The notes beneath the pieces were generated by a model, which was not told the origin of the DNA, made no database searches, and saw nothing but the letters and a program-made list of their open reading frames with translations. From a virus (Duplodnaviria; Heunggongvirae; Uroviricota; Caudoviricetes): DNA of 22,618 nt. A program made the translations under genes and the position numbers. Positions 8,763-16,889 of the stretch are shown here, one piece after another. The DNA lies in IMG/VR virus record IMGVR_UViG_2695420809_000016, positions 1 through 22,618 of that record; one strand, 5' to 3'. Every line of letters starts with the position of its first letter. The stretch's first letter is position 1.

Positions 8763-9506
8763 TTAACTGGCTTTCTTTTTCGGGCGTCCACGTTTTGCCG
8801 GTGTCACGCTCCGGGTCTTACGCGGAGTGCGGGTGGCCGCTTTGGGCTGCGGCTCCGGCTTCGGTTTCAGCTCCCGCTCCAGTCGTTCAATCTCTTTTTT
8901 GACGCCTGCCTGACAGTCGAGCTGTGTCGCACGTTGCAGGTGAGCCAGCGCACCGGCGGCATCACCACCATCACGCAGAAACAGACCTGTGATTTTGTGC
9001 AGCTTTGCGCGCACTTCATCAGGCATGTCAGCCGTGGCGGTCAGTTCAAGGGTCTCCGTCAGCAGGCGGGTATCCACAGACTCACCGGCAGCGTGAGCAC
9101 GCATGGCCGCGAGCGCCACCTCCTCGGTGAACATGTACGGCGGGGTGCGGCGGTGTTTACCCGGCATGGTCAGACCGTACTTCAGGGCATAACGGGCAAT
9201 CTCCAGCGCACCGGCAATATCGCCGGTATCCAGACGCCACAGCATGACCGTCATCAGAATGTCATCCTGTGCACCTTTGCCCTGCTCCAGCACGCCGTTC
9301 ACCCACGGCAACCAGAACGGCAGCAGTTCGCGTTTTTTCGCGGCCTTCAGCTCTTTTGAATAAATCGCTTTCAGTGTGCGCTGGTCTGCGGCCAGCTTGA
9401 CCAGCATCTGCTCATAGACAGTTGCATGTCGCAGCGGGGCGGCTTCCCGCTGCGCGGTCATCGCTGCCGAGACCCGCATCATGTGGCGCTGTGCGGGACT
9501 CGTCAT
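8763..9506 (-). CDS. M: Terminase endonuclease (small) subunit gpM
   Basis: 247 aa with a basic C-terminal tail (TPRKTRSVTPAKRGRPKKKAS); lies between N and L. Confidence 0.9.
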   Translation of the reverse strand: MTSPAQRHMMRVSAAMTAQREAAPLRHATVYEQMLVKLAADQRTLKAIYSKELKAAKKRELLPFWLPWVNGVLEQGKGAQDDILMTVMLWRLDTGDIAGALEIARYALKYGLTMPGKHRRTPPYMFTEEVALAAMRAHAAGESVDTRLLTETLELTATADMPDEVRAKLHKITGLFLRDGGDAAGALAHLQRATQLDCQAGVKKEIERLERELKPKPEPQPKAATRTPRKTRSVTPAKRGRPKKKAS

Positions 9507-9509
9507 CGG

Positions 9510-10583
9510 TTACGCTCCCGGCTCTGCGGTCGCTTTAGCCGGTGTGGAGAAATCACCGACCTTAATTTTTTCCACCAGACAACCGGCGGCGTAGTCCTCC
9601 ACCACGTAATCAATGTTCATTGACTCGTAGTTCTCCACGCGGTCGAGTTTCGGGTTTTCCTCAATCACGCGGCGATGGCTGTCATCCATGTAGTAGATGG
9701 ACAGGTTTTCCAGCTTCGTGATGAGCATCGCATCCGCCGGGAAGTACGGGACGCGTACCGCTGGCAGGTTGCCGATGCGTTTCTGGCTGATGATGACGTC
9801 AGCGGCCAGCATTTCGCTGTTGTCCTGCTCCTTGTTGACGATGGGAAAATACTTGTCCGCCAGTAGCTGACGTCCCACAATCACCACAAGGTCAGGGTCT
9901 TCCTGATACCACGGCTCAATCAGGTTGTTGGTCGCATCCATCACCAGTGCATCAAGGCTGGCATAATCACCGCCCTTACCCACGCGGATGACCTCAGAGG
10001 TGGTGTGCCCTTCCTCGTCAGTGACCTTGCTCATCACGCGCGCCGGGGCTTCATTGCGGTATTTCTGCAGCCAGCCGACCGCCACATCCTGCAGCATCGG
10101 ATTGCTGCTGCGGTCAGAGGTTTCGGCACGCTTCACGCCGTTAAAACCGGCCATGATGAAATCAAGGGACTGGCGTTTGATAATGGCGTTACGGATACGG
10201 AGCTGGAAATCCTGATAACGCGCCCACAGGTCCAGCGTTTTGTAGCGGATATAAAAATCGAAGTTAATCTGGTCGCATTCGTACTTGTTTGACGCCAGCT
10301 TCGAGAAGTCCTTCGGCTGACGCTCGGTGCCACCGGCGGTGTCGGTGGTGCTGGCGATGGAGCCGGTGACACCGATGCCAATTTTTTCCCCTTTCATTTC
10401 GCTGACCGGCACAATGTTGATGCGGGTCAGGAAATCAGAGGACTCCTGCATGGTGTTCATCAGGGTCTGGGTGACCGACGGTTCAACGGTGAATTTTTTC
10501 GACACATCACCGGCGTCGATGCCGTTCAGTTCGGCAACACGGGACAGGTAGGCATTAAATTTAAAGCGGGTTTCCTGGCGCAT
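9510..10583 (-). CDS. N: Major capsid protein gpN
   Basis: 357 aa, same length as P2 gpN; position O-N-M. Confidence 0.95.
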   Translation of the reverse strand: MRQETRFKFNAYLSRVAELNGIDAGDVSKKFTVEPSVTQTLMNTMQESSDFLTRINIVPVSEMKGEKIGIGVTGSIASTTDTAGGTERQPKDFSKLASNKYECDQINFDFYIRYKTLDLWARYQDFQLRIRNAIIKRQSLDFIMAGFNGVKRAETSDRSSNPMLQDVAVGWLQKYRNEAPARVMSKVTDEEGHTTSEVIRVGKGGDYASLDALVMDATNNLIEPWYQEDPDLVVIVGRQLLADKYFPIVNKEQDNSEMLAADVIISQKRIGNLPAVRVPYFPADAMLITKLENLSIYYMDDSHRRVIEENPKLDRVENYESMNIDYVVEDYAAGCLVEKIKVGDFSTPAKATAEPGA

Positions 10584-10641
10584 AGTTTTTCCTGAAATTA
10601 AGGGTTAATCGTGAAGGTTTTTCCGGACTGACTGACGCCGG

Positions 10642-11496
10642 TCAGCAGTTCGTCATCAGGGCGTCACCGCCACCGCCGGTGGCCTTGCTGCGGCGCTGCT
10701 GGGTCAGACTTTCGGTGTGGTCGAGGCTGTTTTTCAGGCGGGTGAATGCCTGGCTGGTTTCATCCGCCCTGTCAGTCACCTCCTGCTTAAGTGCGGAAAA
10801 GGCGGTTTCCATCTCAGCGAGGCGCTGCTCAGTGGCGCTCAGTTTTTCCTGCACATGTTCAGCAACAGCGGTCACCGCTTCATGCACGTCATTCAGACGG
10901 GCGTCATCGCTGGCCTGTTTGCGGCCAAAAATGGATTTCACCTTTTCGGTCAGGGCGGTGAACACGGTTTCAGGCAGGTCTTCAAATTCCAGCTCAACGG
11001 GCGTTGCCACTGAAATCAGGTTTTCAGGGCTTAATTTGAAGCGGTTCAGGGGGTTGTGTTTTGCCGTGCGGCAGAATTCCAGGTATTCCGTGCCGAGGCT
11101 TGCCGGGTCATCGGTGACGGCCAGACCCACCAGATAACATTTGCCTGTATTGGCAAAGTTCGGCTGAATTTCCATTGAGGTATAGACCTTCTGCGCGGCC
11201 TTGTTCATCGCGATAAGGTCATCGGTCGGGGTGATTTTCGCAAACAGCGCCCATTTGCCTTTCAGCGCCGAATCATCGTCAATTTTTTCGGCCTTCAGTT
11301 CGGCCACATCGCCATAACGTTTAAAAATGCCGTCAGGCAGGATGCCGCGCAGATGTTCCAGGTTAATGCGGCAACCATAGACACGCGGGTCAAAGGTTTC
11401 GGCCATTTCCTGAATATCCTGCGCACTGATGACACGCCCGTCACAGGTGTCACCCTCAACGCCGATACGAAAGAATTTTGAGACTTTTTTTGCCAT
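10642..11496 (-). CDS. O: Capsid scaffolding protein gpO
   Basis: The ATG at 11496..11494 (MAKKVSKFFRIGVEGDTCDGR...) is preceded by AGGA; 284 aa, the expected gpO size. The ORF-track start is further upstream. Confidence 0.9.
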   Translation of the reverse strand: MAKKVSKFFRIGVEGDTCDGRVISAQDIQEMAETFDPRVYGCRINLEHLRGILPDGIFKRYGDVAELKAEKIDDDSALKGKWALFAKITPTDDLIAMNKAAQKVYTSMEIQPNFANTGKCYLVGLAVTDDPASLGTEYLEFCRTAKHNPLNRFKLSPENLISVATPVELEFEDLPETVFTALTEKVKSIFGRKQASDDARLNDVHEAVTAVAEHVQEKLSATEQRLAEMETAFSALKQEVTDRADETSQAFTRLKNSLDHTESLTQQRRSKATGGGGDALMTNC

Positions 11497-11669
11497 TGTC
11501 AGGAGTCCTGAATAGTGATTAGAGGAGTCACATGTCGGCATCAGTTTCCCGACGATGCGCATCCTCCGCCATCAGTCCCGGATGGCTTATCACTGACACA
11601 ACAGCACCTTAGCGAATCGCGGGGCGCGACTCAGTAGCCTTGCCGTGTATTCATCACGGCGAGGTATTC
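11497..11669. promoter_or_regulatory. Divergent late-promoter region for O (minus) and P (plus)
   Basis: Intergenic region between divergent head operons, as in P2. Contains the dyad GTCGG-N10-CCGAC at about 11534..11553. I did not find a canonical Ogr TGT-N12-ACA site by eye. Confidence 0.4.
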
Positions 11670-13442
11670 ATGACCATCACCACAGACACCACTCTTTTAC
11701 ACGACCCGCGTCGTCAGGCGGCGCTGCTGTACTGGCAGGGATTTTCCGTGCCGCAGATTGCCGCCATGTTGCAGATGAAACGCCCGACGGTGCAGAGCTG
11801 GAAACAGCGCGACGGCTGGGACAGCGTTGCCCCCATCAGCCGTGTCGAAATGAGTCTGGAAGCGCGACTGACCCAGCTCATCATCAAACCGCAGAAAACC
11901 GGCGGTGACTTCAAGGAAATTGACCTGCTCGGACGCCAGATTGAACGACTGGCGCGGGTCAACCGCTACAGTCAGACCGGCAACGAGGCAGACCTTAATC
12001 CGAACGTCGCTAACCGCAACAAAGGCGGGCGTCGCAAACCGAAAAAGAATTTTTTCAGTGACGAAGCCATCGAAAAGCTGGAGCAGATTTTCTTTGAGCA
12101 GTCTTTCGACTATCAGTTGCACTGGTATCGCGCCGGGCTTGAGCACCGCATCCGCGATATCCTGAAATCCCGCCAGATTGGCGCGACGTTTTATTTTTCC
12201 CGCGAGGCGCTGCTGCGCGCCCTGAAAACCGGCCATAACCAGATTTTTCTGTCGGCCAGTAAAACGCAGGCGTATGTGTTCCGCGAATACATCATCGCCT
12301 TTGCCCGTCTGGTTGACGTTGACCTGACCGGTGACCCGATTGTCCTGGGCAATAACGGCGCAAAACTAATTTTTCTCGGCACCAACTCCAACACCGCACA
12401 GAGCCATAACGGCGACCTGTACGTCGACGAGATTTTCTGGATCCCGAATTTTCAGGTACTGCGTAAGGTGGCATCAGGTATGGCCTCACAGAGTCACCTG
12501 CGCTCGACCTATTTCTCCACCCCGTCCACGCTGGCGCACGACGCCTACCCGTTCTGGTCGGGTGAACTGTTCAACCGGGGACGCGCCAGCGCCGTCGAAC
12601 GCGTGGAAATCGACGTCAGTCATAACGCCCTTGCCGGTGGGCTTCTCTGTGCGGACGGCCAGTGGCGGCAGATTGTCACCATTGAGGACGCGCTGAAAGG
12701 CGGCTGCACGCTGTTCGACATTGAGCAGCTCAAACGTGAAAACAGCGCCGACGATTTTAAAAACCTGTTCATGTGTGAATTTGTTGACGACAAGGCGTCG
12801 GTGTTCCCGTTCGAGGAGCTGCAACGCTGCATGGTCGACACGCTGGAAGAATGGGAAGACTATGCGCCGTTTGCCGCGAATCCGTTCGGCTCCCGCCCGG
12901 TATGGATTGGTTACGACCCGTCACACCGTGGCGACAGTGCCGGATGCGTGGTGCTGGCACCGCCGGTGGTGGCCGGAGGTAAATTCAGAATACTTGAGCG
13001 TCACCAGTGGAAAGGCATGGACTTTGCCACCCAGGCTGAATCCATCCGCAAACTCACCGAAAAATACAACGTCGAATACATCGGAATTGATGCCACCGGC
13101 CTCGGTGTCGGCGTGTTCCAGCTCGTGCGCTCGTTCTATCCCGCCGCGCGCGACATCCGCTACACGCCGGAAATGAAAACCGCAATGGTGCTCAAGGCAA
13201 AAGACGTCATCCGCCGTGGCTGTCTGGAATATGACGTCAGCGCCACCGACATCACCAGCTCGTTTATGGCTATCCGCAAGACCATGACCAGCAGCGGACG
13301 CAGCGCCACCTATGAGGCCAGCCGCAGCGAGGAAGCCAGCCACGCCGACCTCGCCTGGGCGACCATGCACGCCCTGTTAAATGAGCCACTCACCGCGGGT
13401 ATCAGCACTCCGCTGACATCCACCATTCTGGAGTTTTACTGA
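11670..13442 (+). CDS. P: Terminase ATPase (large) subunit gpP
   Basis: ATG at 11670 preceded by GAGG. Product starts MTITTDTTLLHDPRRQAALLYWQGFSVPQIAAM...; 590 aa, the expected gpP size. Confidence 0.95.
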   Translation: MTITTDTTLLHDPRRQAALLYWQGFSVPQIAAMLQMKRPTVQSWKQRDGWDSVAPISRVEMSLEARLTQLIIKPQKTGGDFKEIDLLGRQIERLARVNRYSQTGNEADLNPNVANRNKGGRRKPKKNFFSDEAIEKLEQIFFEQSFDYQLHWYRAGLEHRIRDILKSRQIGATFYFSREALLRALKTGHNQIFLSASKTQAYVFREYIIAFARLVDVDLTGDPIVLGNNGAKLIFLGTNSNTAQSHNGDLYVDEIFWIPNFQVLRKVASGMASQSHLRSTYFSTPSTLAHDAYPFWSGELFNRGRASAVERVEIDVSHNALAGGLLCADGQWRQIVTIEDALKGGCTLFDIEQLKRENSADDFKNLFMCEFVDDKASVFPFEELQRCMVDTLEEWEDYAPFAANPFGSRPVWIGYDPSHRGDSAGCVVLAPPVVAGGKFRILERHQWKGMDFATQAESIRKLTEKYNVEYIGIDATGLGVGVFQLVRSFYPAARDIRYTPEMKTAMVLKAKDVIRRGCLEYDVSATDITSSFMAIRKTMTSSGRSATYEASRSEEASHADLAWATMHALLNEPLTAGISTPLTSTILEFY

Positions 13443-14476
13443 TGAGCAAGAAAAAAGGGAAAACACCGCGACCAGCGGCAAAAAAAATGACCGCCAGCGC
13501 CCCGAAAATGGAGGCATTCACCTTTGGTGAACCGGTGCCGGTACTCGACCGCCGTGACATTCTGGATTACGTCGAGTGCATCAGTAACGGCAGATGGTAT
13601 GAGCCGCCGGTCAGCTTTACCGGTCTGGCAAAAAGCCTGCGTGCTGCCGTACATCACAGCTCACCGATTTACGTCAAACGTAATATTCTGGCTTCAACGT
13701 TTATTCCGCACCCGTGGCTTTCCCAGCAGGATTTCAGCCGCTTTGTGCTGGATTTTCTGGTGTTCGGTAATGCGTTTCTGGAAAAGCGTTACAGCACCAC
13801 TGGTAAGGTCATCAGACTGGAAACCTCACCGGCAAAATATACCCGCCGTGGCGTGGAAGAGGATGTTTACTGGTGGGTGCCGTCCTTCAACGAGCCGACA
13901 CCTTTCGCGCCCGGCTCCGTGTTTCACCTGCTGGAGCCGGATATTAATCAGGAGCTGTACGGTCTGCCGGAATATCTCAGCGCCCTTAACTCTGCCTGGC
14001 TGAATGAGTCGGCCACGCTGTTTCGCCGCAAGTATTACGAAAACGGCGCGCATGCCGGATACATCATGTACGTCACCGATGCCGTGCAGGACCGCAACGA
14101 TATCGAAATGCTTCGCGAAAACATGGTGAAGTCGAAAGGCCGCAATAACTTTAAAAACCTGTTTCTCTATGCCCCACAGGGGAAAGCCGACGGCATTAAA
14201 ATTATCCCGCTCAGTGAAGTGGCGACGAAGGACGATTTTTTTAATATCAAAAAAGCCAGCGCCGCTGACCTGCTGGACGCGCACCGCATCCCCTTTCAGT
14301 TGATGGGCGGCAAGCCGGAGAACGTCGGGTCGCTGGGTGATATTGAGAAAGTGGCAAAGGTCTTTGTCCGCAATGAGCTTATCCCGCTACAGGACAGGAT
14401 TCGGGAAATAAACGGCTGGCTCGGTCAGGAAGTCATCCGCTTTAAAAACTACTCTCTGGACACTGACAACGACTGA
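13442..14476 (+). CDS. Q: Portal protein gpQ
   Basis: 344 aa, same length as P2 gpQ; start overlaps the P stop; followed by a terminator and cos. Confidence 0.95.
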   Translation: MSKKKGKTPRPAAKKMTASAPKMEAFTFGEPVPVLDRRDILDYVECISNGRWYEPPVSFTGLAKSLRAAVHHSSPIYVKRNILASTFIPHPWLSQQDFSRFVLDFLVFGNAFLEKRYSTTGKVIRLETSPAKYTRRGVEEDVYWWVPSFNEPTPFAPGSVFHLLEPDINQELYGLPEYLSALNSAWLNESATLFRRKYYENGAHAGYIMYVTDAVQDRNDIEMLRENMVKSKGRNNFKNLFLYAPQGKADGIKIIPLSEVATKDDFFNIKKASAADLLDAHRIPFQLMGGKPENVGSLGDIEKVAKVFVRNELIPLQDRIREINGWLGQEVIRFKNYSLDTDND

Positions 14477-14480
14477 ACAT

Positions 14481-14503
14481 CGCCGCCTGCGGGCGGCTTT
14501 TTT
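14481..14503 (+). terminator. Rho-independent terminator after Q
   Basis: GCCGCC-TGCG-GGCGGC stem-loop followed by TTTTTT, directly after the Q stop codon. Confidence 0.6.
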
Positions 14504-14645
14504 ACACCCCGTCATCACGCCCTCACACGCTCATCACCGCACAAAAAATCCCGCAGACACACCAACGCCCCAGCAGGCCAAGTAAACGCCTTCACGACGC
14601 GCTGAGACGCTGAAAAAATAAAATCAGCACCACCGCCAGCGCGCA

Positions 14646-14664
14646 GTGCTTTCCCCGCCTCGCC
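14646..14664. other. cos site (19-nt cohesive-end sequence, P2 type)
   Basis: The sequence GTGCTTTCCCCGCCTCGCC is the reverse complement of the P2 cohesive end GGCGAGGCGGGGAAAGCAC as I recall it, and it sits where expected, just beyond Q. Confidence 0.8.
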
Positions 14665-14810
14665 CGCCCGCTTCGTGGGGCTGTTTTAATGCAGTTGCAT
14701 GAACACTCCAAGAGCACGCCAGCACTGGCGGCGCTCACACGTAACGGGGAAGGAAAACGCATGCGATTCGATGCAGTACTGCATGCAGAGCTGAAAAAGG
14801 CAGAAAATAC

Positions 14811-14850
14811 TGAAAAAACGCATAAAAAACCGGCATTCAGGTTACCGGTT
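14811..14850 (-). terminator. Candidate minus-strand rho-independent terminator between the cargo island and cos
   Basis: AACCGG / CCGGTT stem (14828..14833 and 14845..14850). On the minus strand it is followed by a T-rich run (complement of TGAAAAAACGCATAAAAA). Confidence 0.45.
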
Positions 14851-14978
14851 TGAGTCAGCTTCATTGTGGTTACTTGTCGCGCAATGCGCCAATAATACTA
14901 GTAAGGCAACAAGTGGCAACAATCAGCAAAAAAACCGTTGTCCACGGATTCTCATAAACGAGAGATAACATATTGATA

Positions 14979-15005
14979 TTGATCCTTTTATTGGTACATT
15001 ATAAT
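14979..15005 (+). promoter_or_regulatory. Candidate sigma70 promoter in the AT-rich island
   Basis: Perfect TATAAT at 15000..15005 with TTGATC 15 bp upstream (TTGATA 21 bp upstream). The spacing is not ideal, so this is tentative. Confidence 0.3.
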
Positions 15006-15372
15006 GCGATATTATCGGTCTTTAACAACTTGGCTGAGTTCTATCTTACCAATTTTCGTGATAAGCATTTAATCAATTACGTAGTATGGTTAAAGGCACA
15101 CAAAGGAGAAAAATATGCGAATGCATTTTTTAGACAACCGACTTCCAAAAATCTTTTCAACGTAATACAAAAAAATTACAAACATCTATCAATTACAAAT
15201 TAACAAATATCAACACTACCAGCTTAATTGCAGCAAATATCAGGAGATAACATCACTACAACAATAAATCAAAAACTGTTAGATTTGGCCAGAAATGCCA
15301 ACTCCACACATAACTTCACGCAGATACATAGTTCATAATTAAACAATTTATCGACTTGGAGCGAATAGAATA

Positions 15373-16377
15373 ATGTCAAAAGAAAACACACCAATGGAAC
15401 CAAGCATAAATATAAAGGCAGACTTCACTGAGATATTAAATTCATCGCCAAAGGGCGTTAAGTATATATTCAATATTCTCTTCGGAAAAAAACACGCAGA
15501 GGCCGAGAGAAGGATTAGGCTATCGAACGCTCAAGATTATGCAGATATGAAAAAAATCATATCTGGAGAAGCAACATATGATAATGAGAAGAACCAAATA
15601 ACACCTTCTAACCAAGACATTAAGTCATTAATTGTTAGCGCATTGCAGGATGAGGAAATTACAAATCTTATAGGCTGCATCAGAAGCGCCTCAGAATACA
15701 TTAAAGATGATACTGATAACGATGGTGGTCCATCCCAAGACTTTATTAACAGATGGCGAAGCGATGCGAAACTAATCAGTGAACAGTCTATCCAGTACGT
15801 TTGGGGGCGAATTCTAGCGGAAGAAATAAACACACCTCAAACTGTAAGCGTAAGAACCCTTGATGTAATAAAAAACCTATCAAAAGAAGAGGCTGAATAT
15901 TTCTCAGAGGCACTTGACTTTATATTTTACGATTCTTATTTGATTGATAATGGAGATACCAAAAATCCATTCATCTCACCAGAAAAAGGTCATAAATTGA
16001 GAGATGCAGGATTAATAGTTACTTTTACTCCTGGAATGTATCGCTCCGGGACATGGGATACACAACGTTTTGTTCTCAGCGGAGCCACCATACCAAAAGT
16101 ATTCTACATCAGCAGTTCTGATAAGTATTACTTTATCGATGCAGGCAAAATAACTGACGACCCTAAAATTCTGGTATGGGAGTTAACAAATGCCGGCAAA
16201 GAATTATATGAAATTCTAAAGAAAGATCATAAAACCAAAGAAGAATCAGTAAAAAAAATTATTGACTGGATATTAAATAGCACTAAAGCTTCTGAGTTTT
16301 ACTATGGAGATATTGTTAAGCATTCAGACAATAGTCTGTCAGTTGAGAACTTACTGACTATAAGCAGAAATAGATAG
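15373..16377 (+). CDS. Hypothetical acidic protein (334 aa), cargo gene at the cos–A junction (P2 tin/old hotspot position); candidate anti-phage or accessory function
   Basis: Long ATG-initiated ORF in an AT-rich island, opposite in orientation to the early operon, with GGAG upstream. No Walker A, HNH or obvious PD-(D/E)xK motif seen by eye. I do not recognise the family. Confidence 0.8.
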   Translation: MSKENTPMEPSINIKADFTEILNSSPKGVKYIFNILFGKKHAEAERRIRLSNAQDYADMKKIISGEATYDNEKNQITPSNQDIKSLIVSALQDEEITNLIGCIRSASEYIKDDTDNDGGPSQDFINRWRSDAKLISEQSIQYVWGRILAEEINTPQTVSVRTLDVIKNLSKEEAEYFSEALDFIFYDSYLIDNGDTKNPFISPEKGHKLRDAGLIVTFTPGMYRSGTWDTQRFVLSGATIPKVFYISSSDKYYFIDAGKITDDPKILVWELTNAGKELYEILKKDHKTKEESVKKIIDWILNSTKASEFYYGDIVKHSDNSLSVENLLTISRNR

Positions 16378-16682
16378 AACATTAAAACAAGACCCCATAT
16401 CTAATCAGTATGCGAACAGGCAAGAACATCCGTTTTTGTCTGTTCCTTTCAAAACAACTACCCGCATCTCCATAATACTAAAAGATATTTTCCTTTTATT
16501 CAAACCCACAATAATGTTTACGCTCAATAATAAAAAACATCAGAATATTTTTTAACTCCTACACAGCTTGTTTCTCAATCCCGTTGTGTATATCATCAGG
16601 ACCAAGACATTTCACACCAGTGTTATCCATCACTTGTTCAGAAATCATCGCTACTTTTATGACAGAGTAGTGACTCTATATA

Positions 16683-16889
16683 CTAAGAATTACGACCACC
16701 CTTATTATCCTGACTTTCATCAATAAAGAAAATAATACCGCCAGCTTTATCTCTTGGTGAATAAGGAGGGCCAGTGCTAACCAGATAACTGCCTATATGA
16801 ATTAACTTGTTGTCATTAGCTCCACTCCATTTCTGTTGAATACCCCGGCCACTCATCAGCGACCGCATAACTGAATTTTTTCTCGCCAT
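16683..16889 (-). CDS. Small hypothetical ORF overlapping the 3' end of gene A (P2 orf91 position)
   Basis: 68-aa ORF downstream of and partly overlapping A (A stop at 16816). Position corresponds to orf91 of P2, but I do not recognise the sequence; it may be spurious. Confidence 0.3.
   Translation of the reverse strand: MARKNSVMRSLMSGRGIQQKWSGANDNKLIHIGSYLVSTGPPYSPRDKAGGIIFFIDESQDNKGGRNS

Noticed and set aside
8760-9359. 199-aa plus-strand ORF
   Set aside because: Antisense to terminase gene M; Arg- and Leu-rich shadow of a GC-rich gene.
11697-12236. 179-aa minus-strand ORF
   Set aside because: Antisense inside the large terminase gene P; shadow ORF.
14592-14864. 90-aa minus-strand ORF spanning the cos site
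   Set aside because: It contains both the cohesive-end sequence and a predicted minus-strand terminator hairpin, and has no convincing ribosome-binding site; a real gene crossing cos is implausible.
14973-15203. 76-aa plus-strand ORF in the AT-rich island
   Set aside because: Starts with TTG and has no internal ATG; it overlaps the candidate promoter and the leader region and is more likely non-coding.
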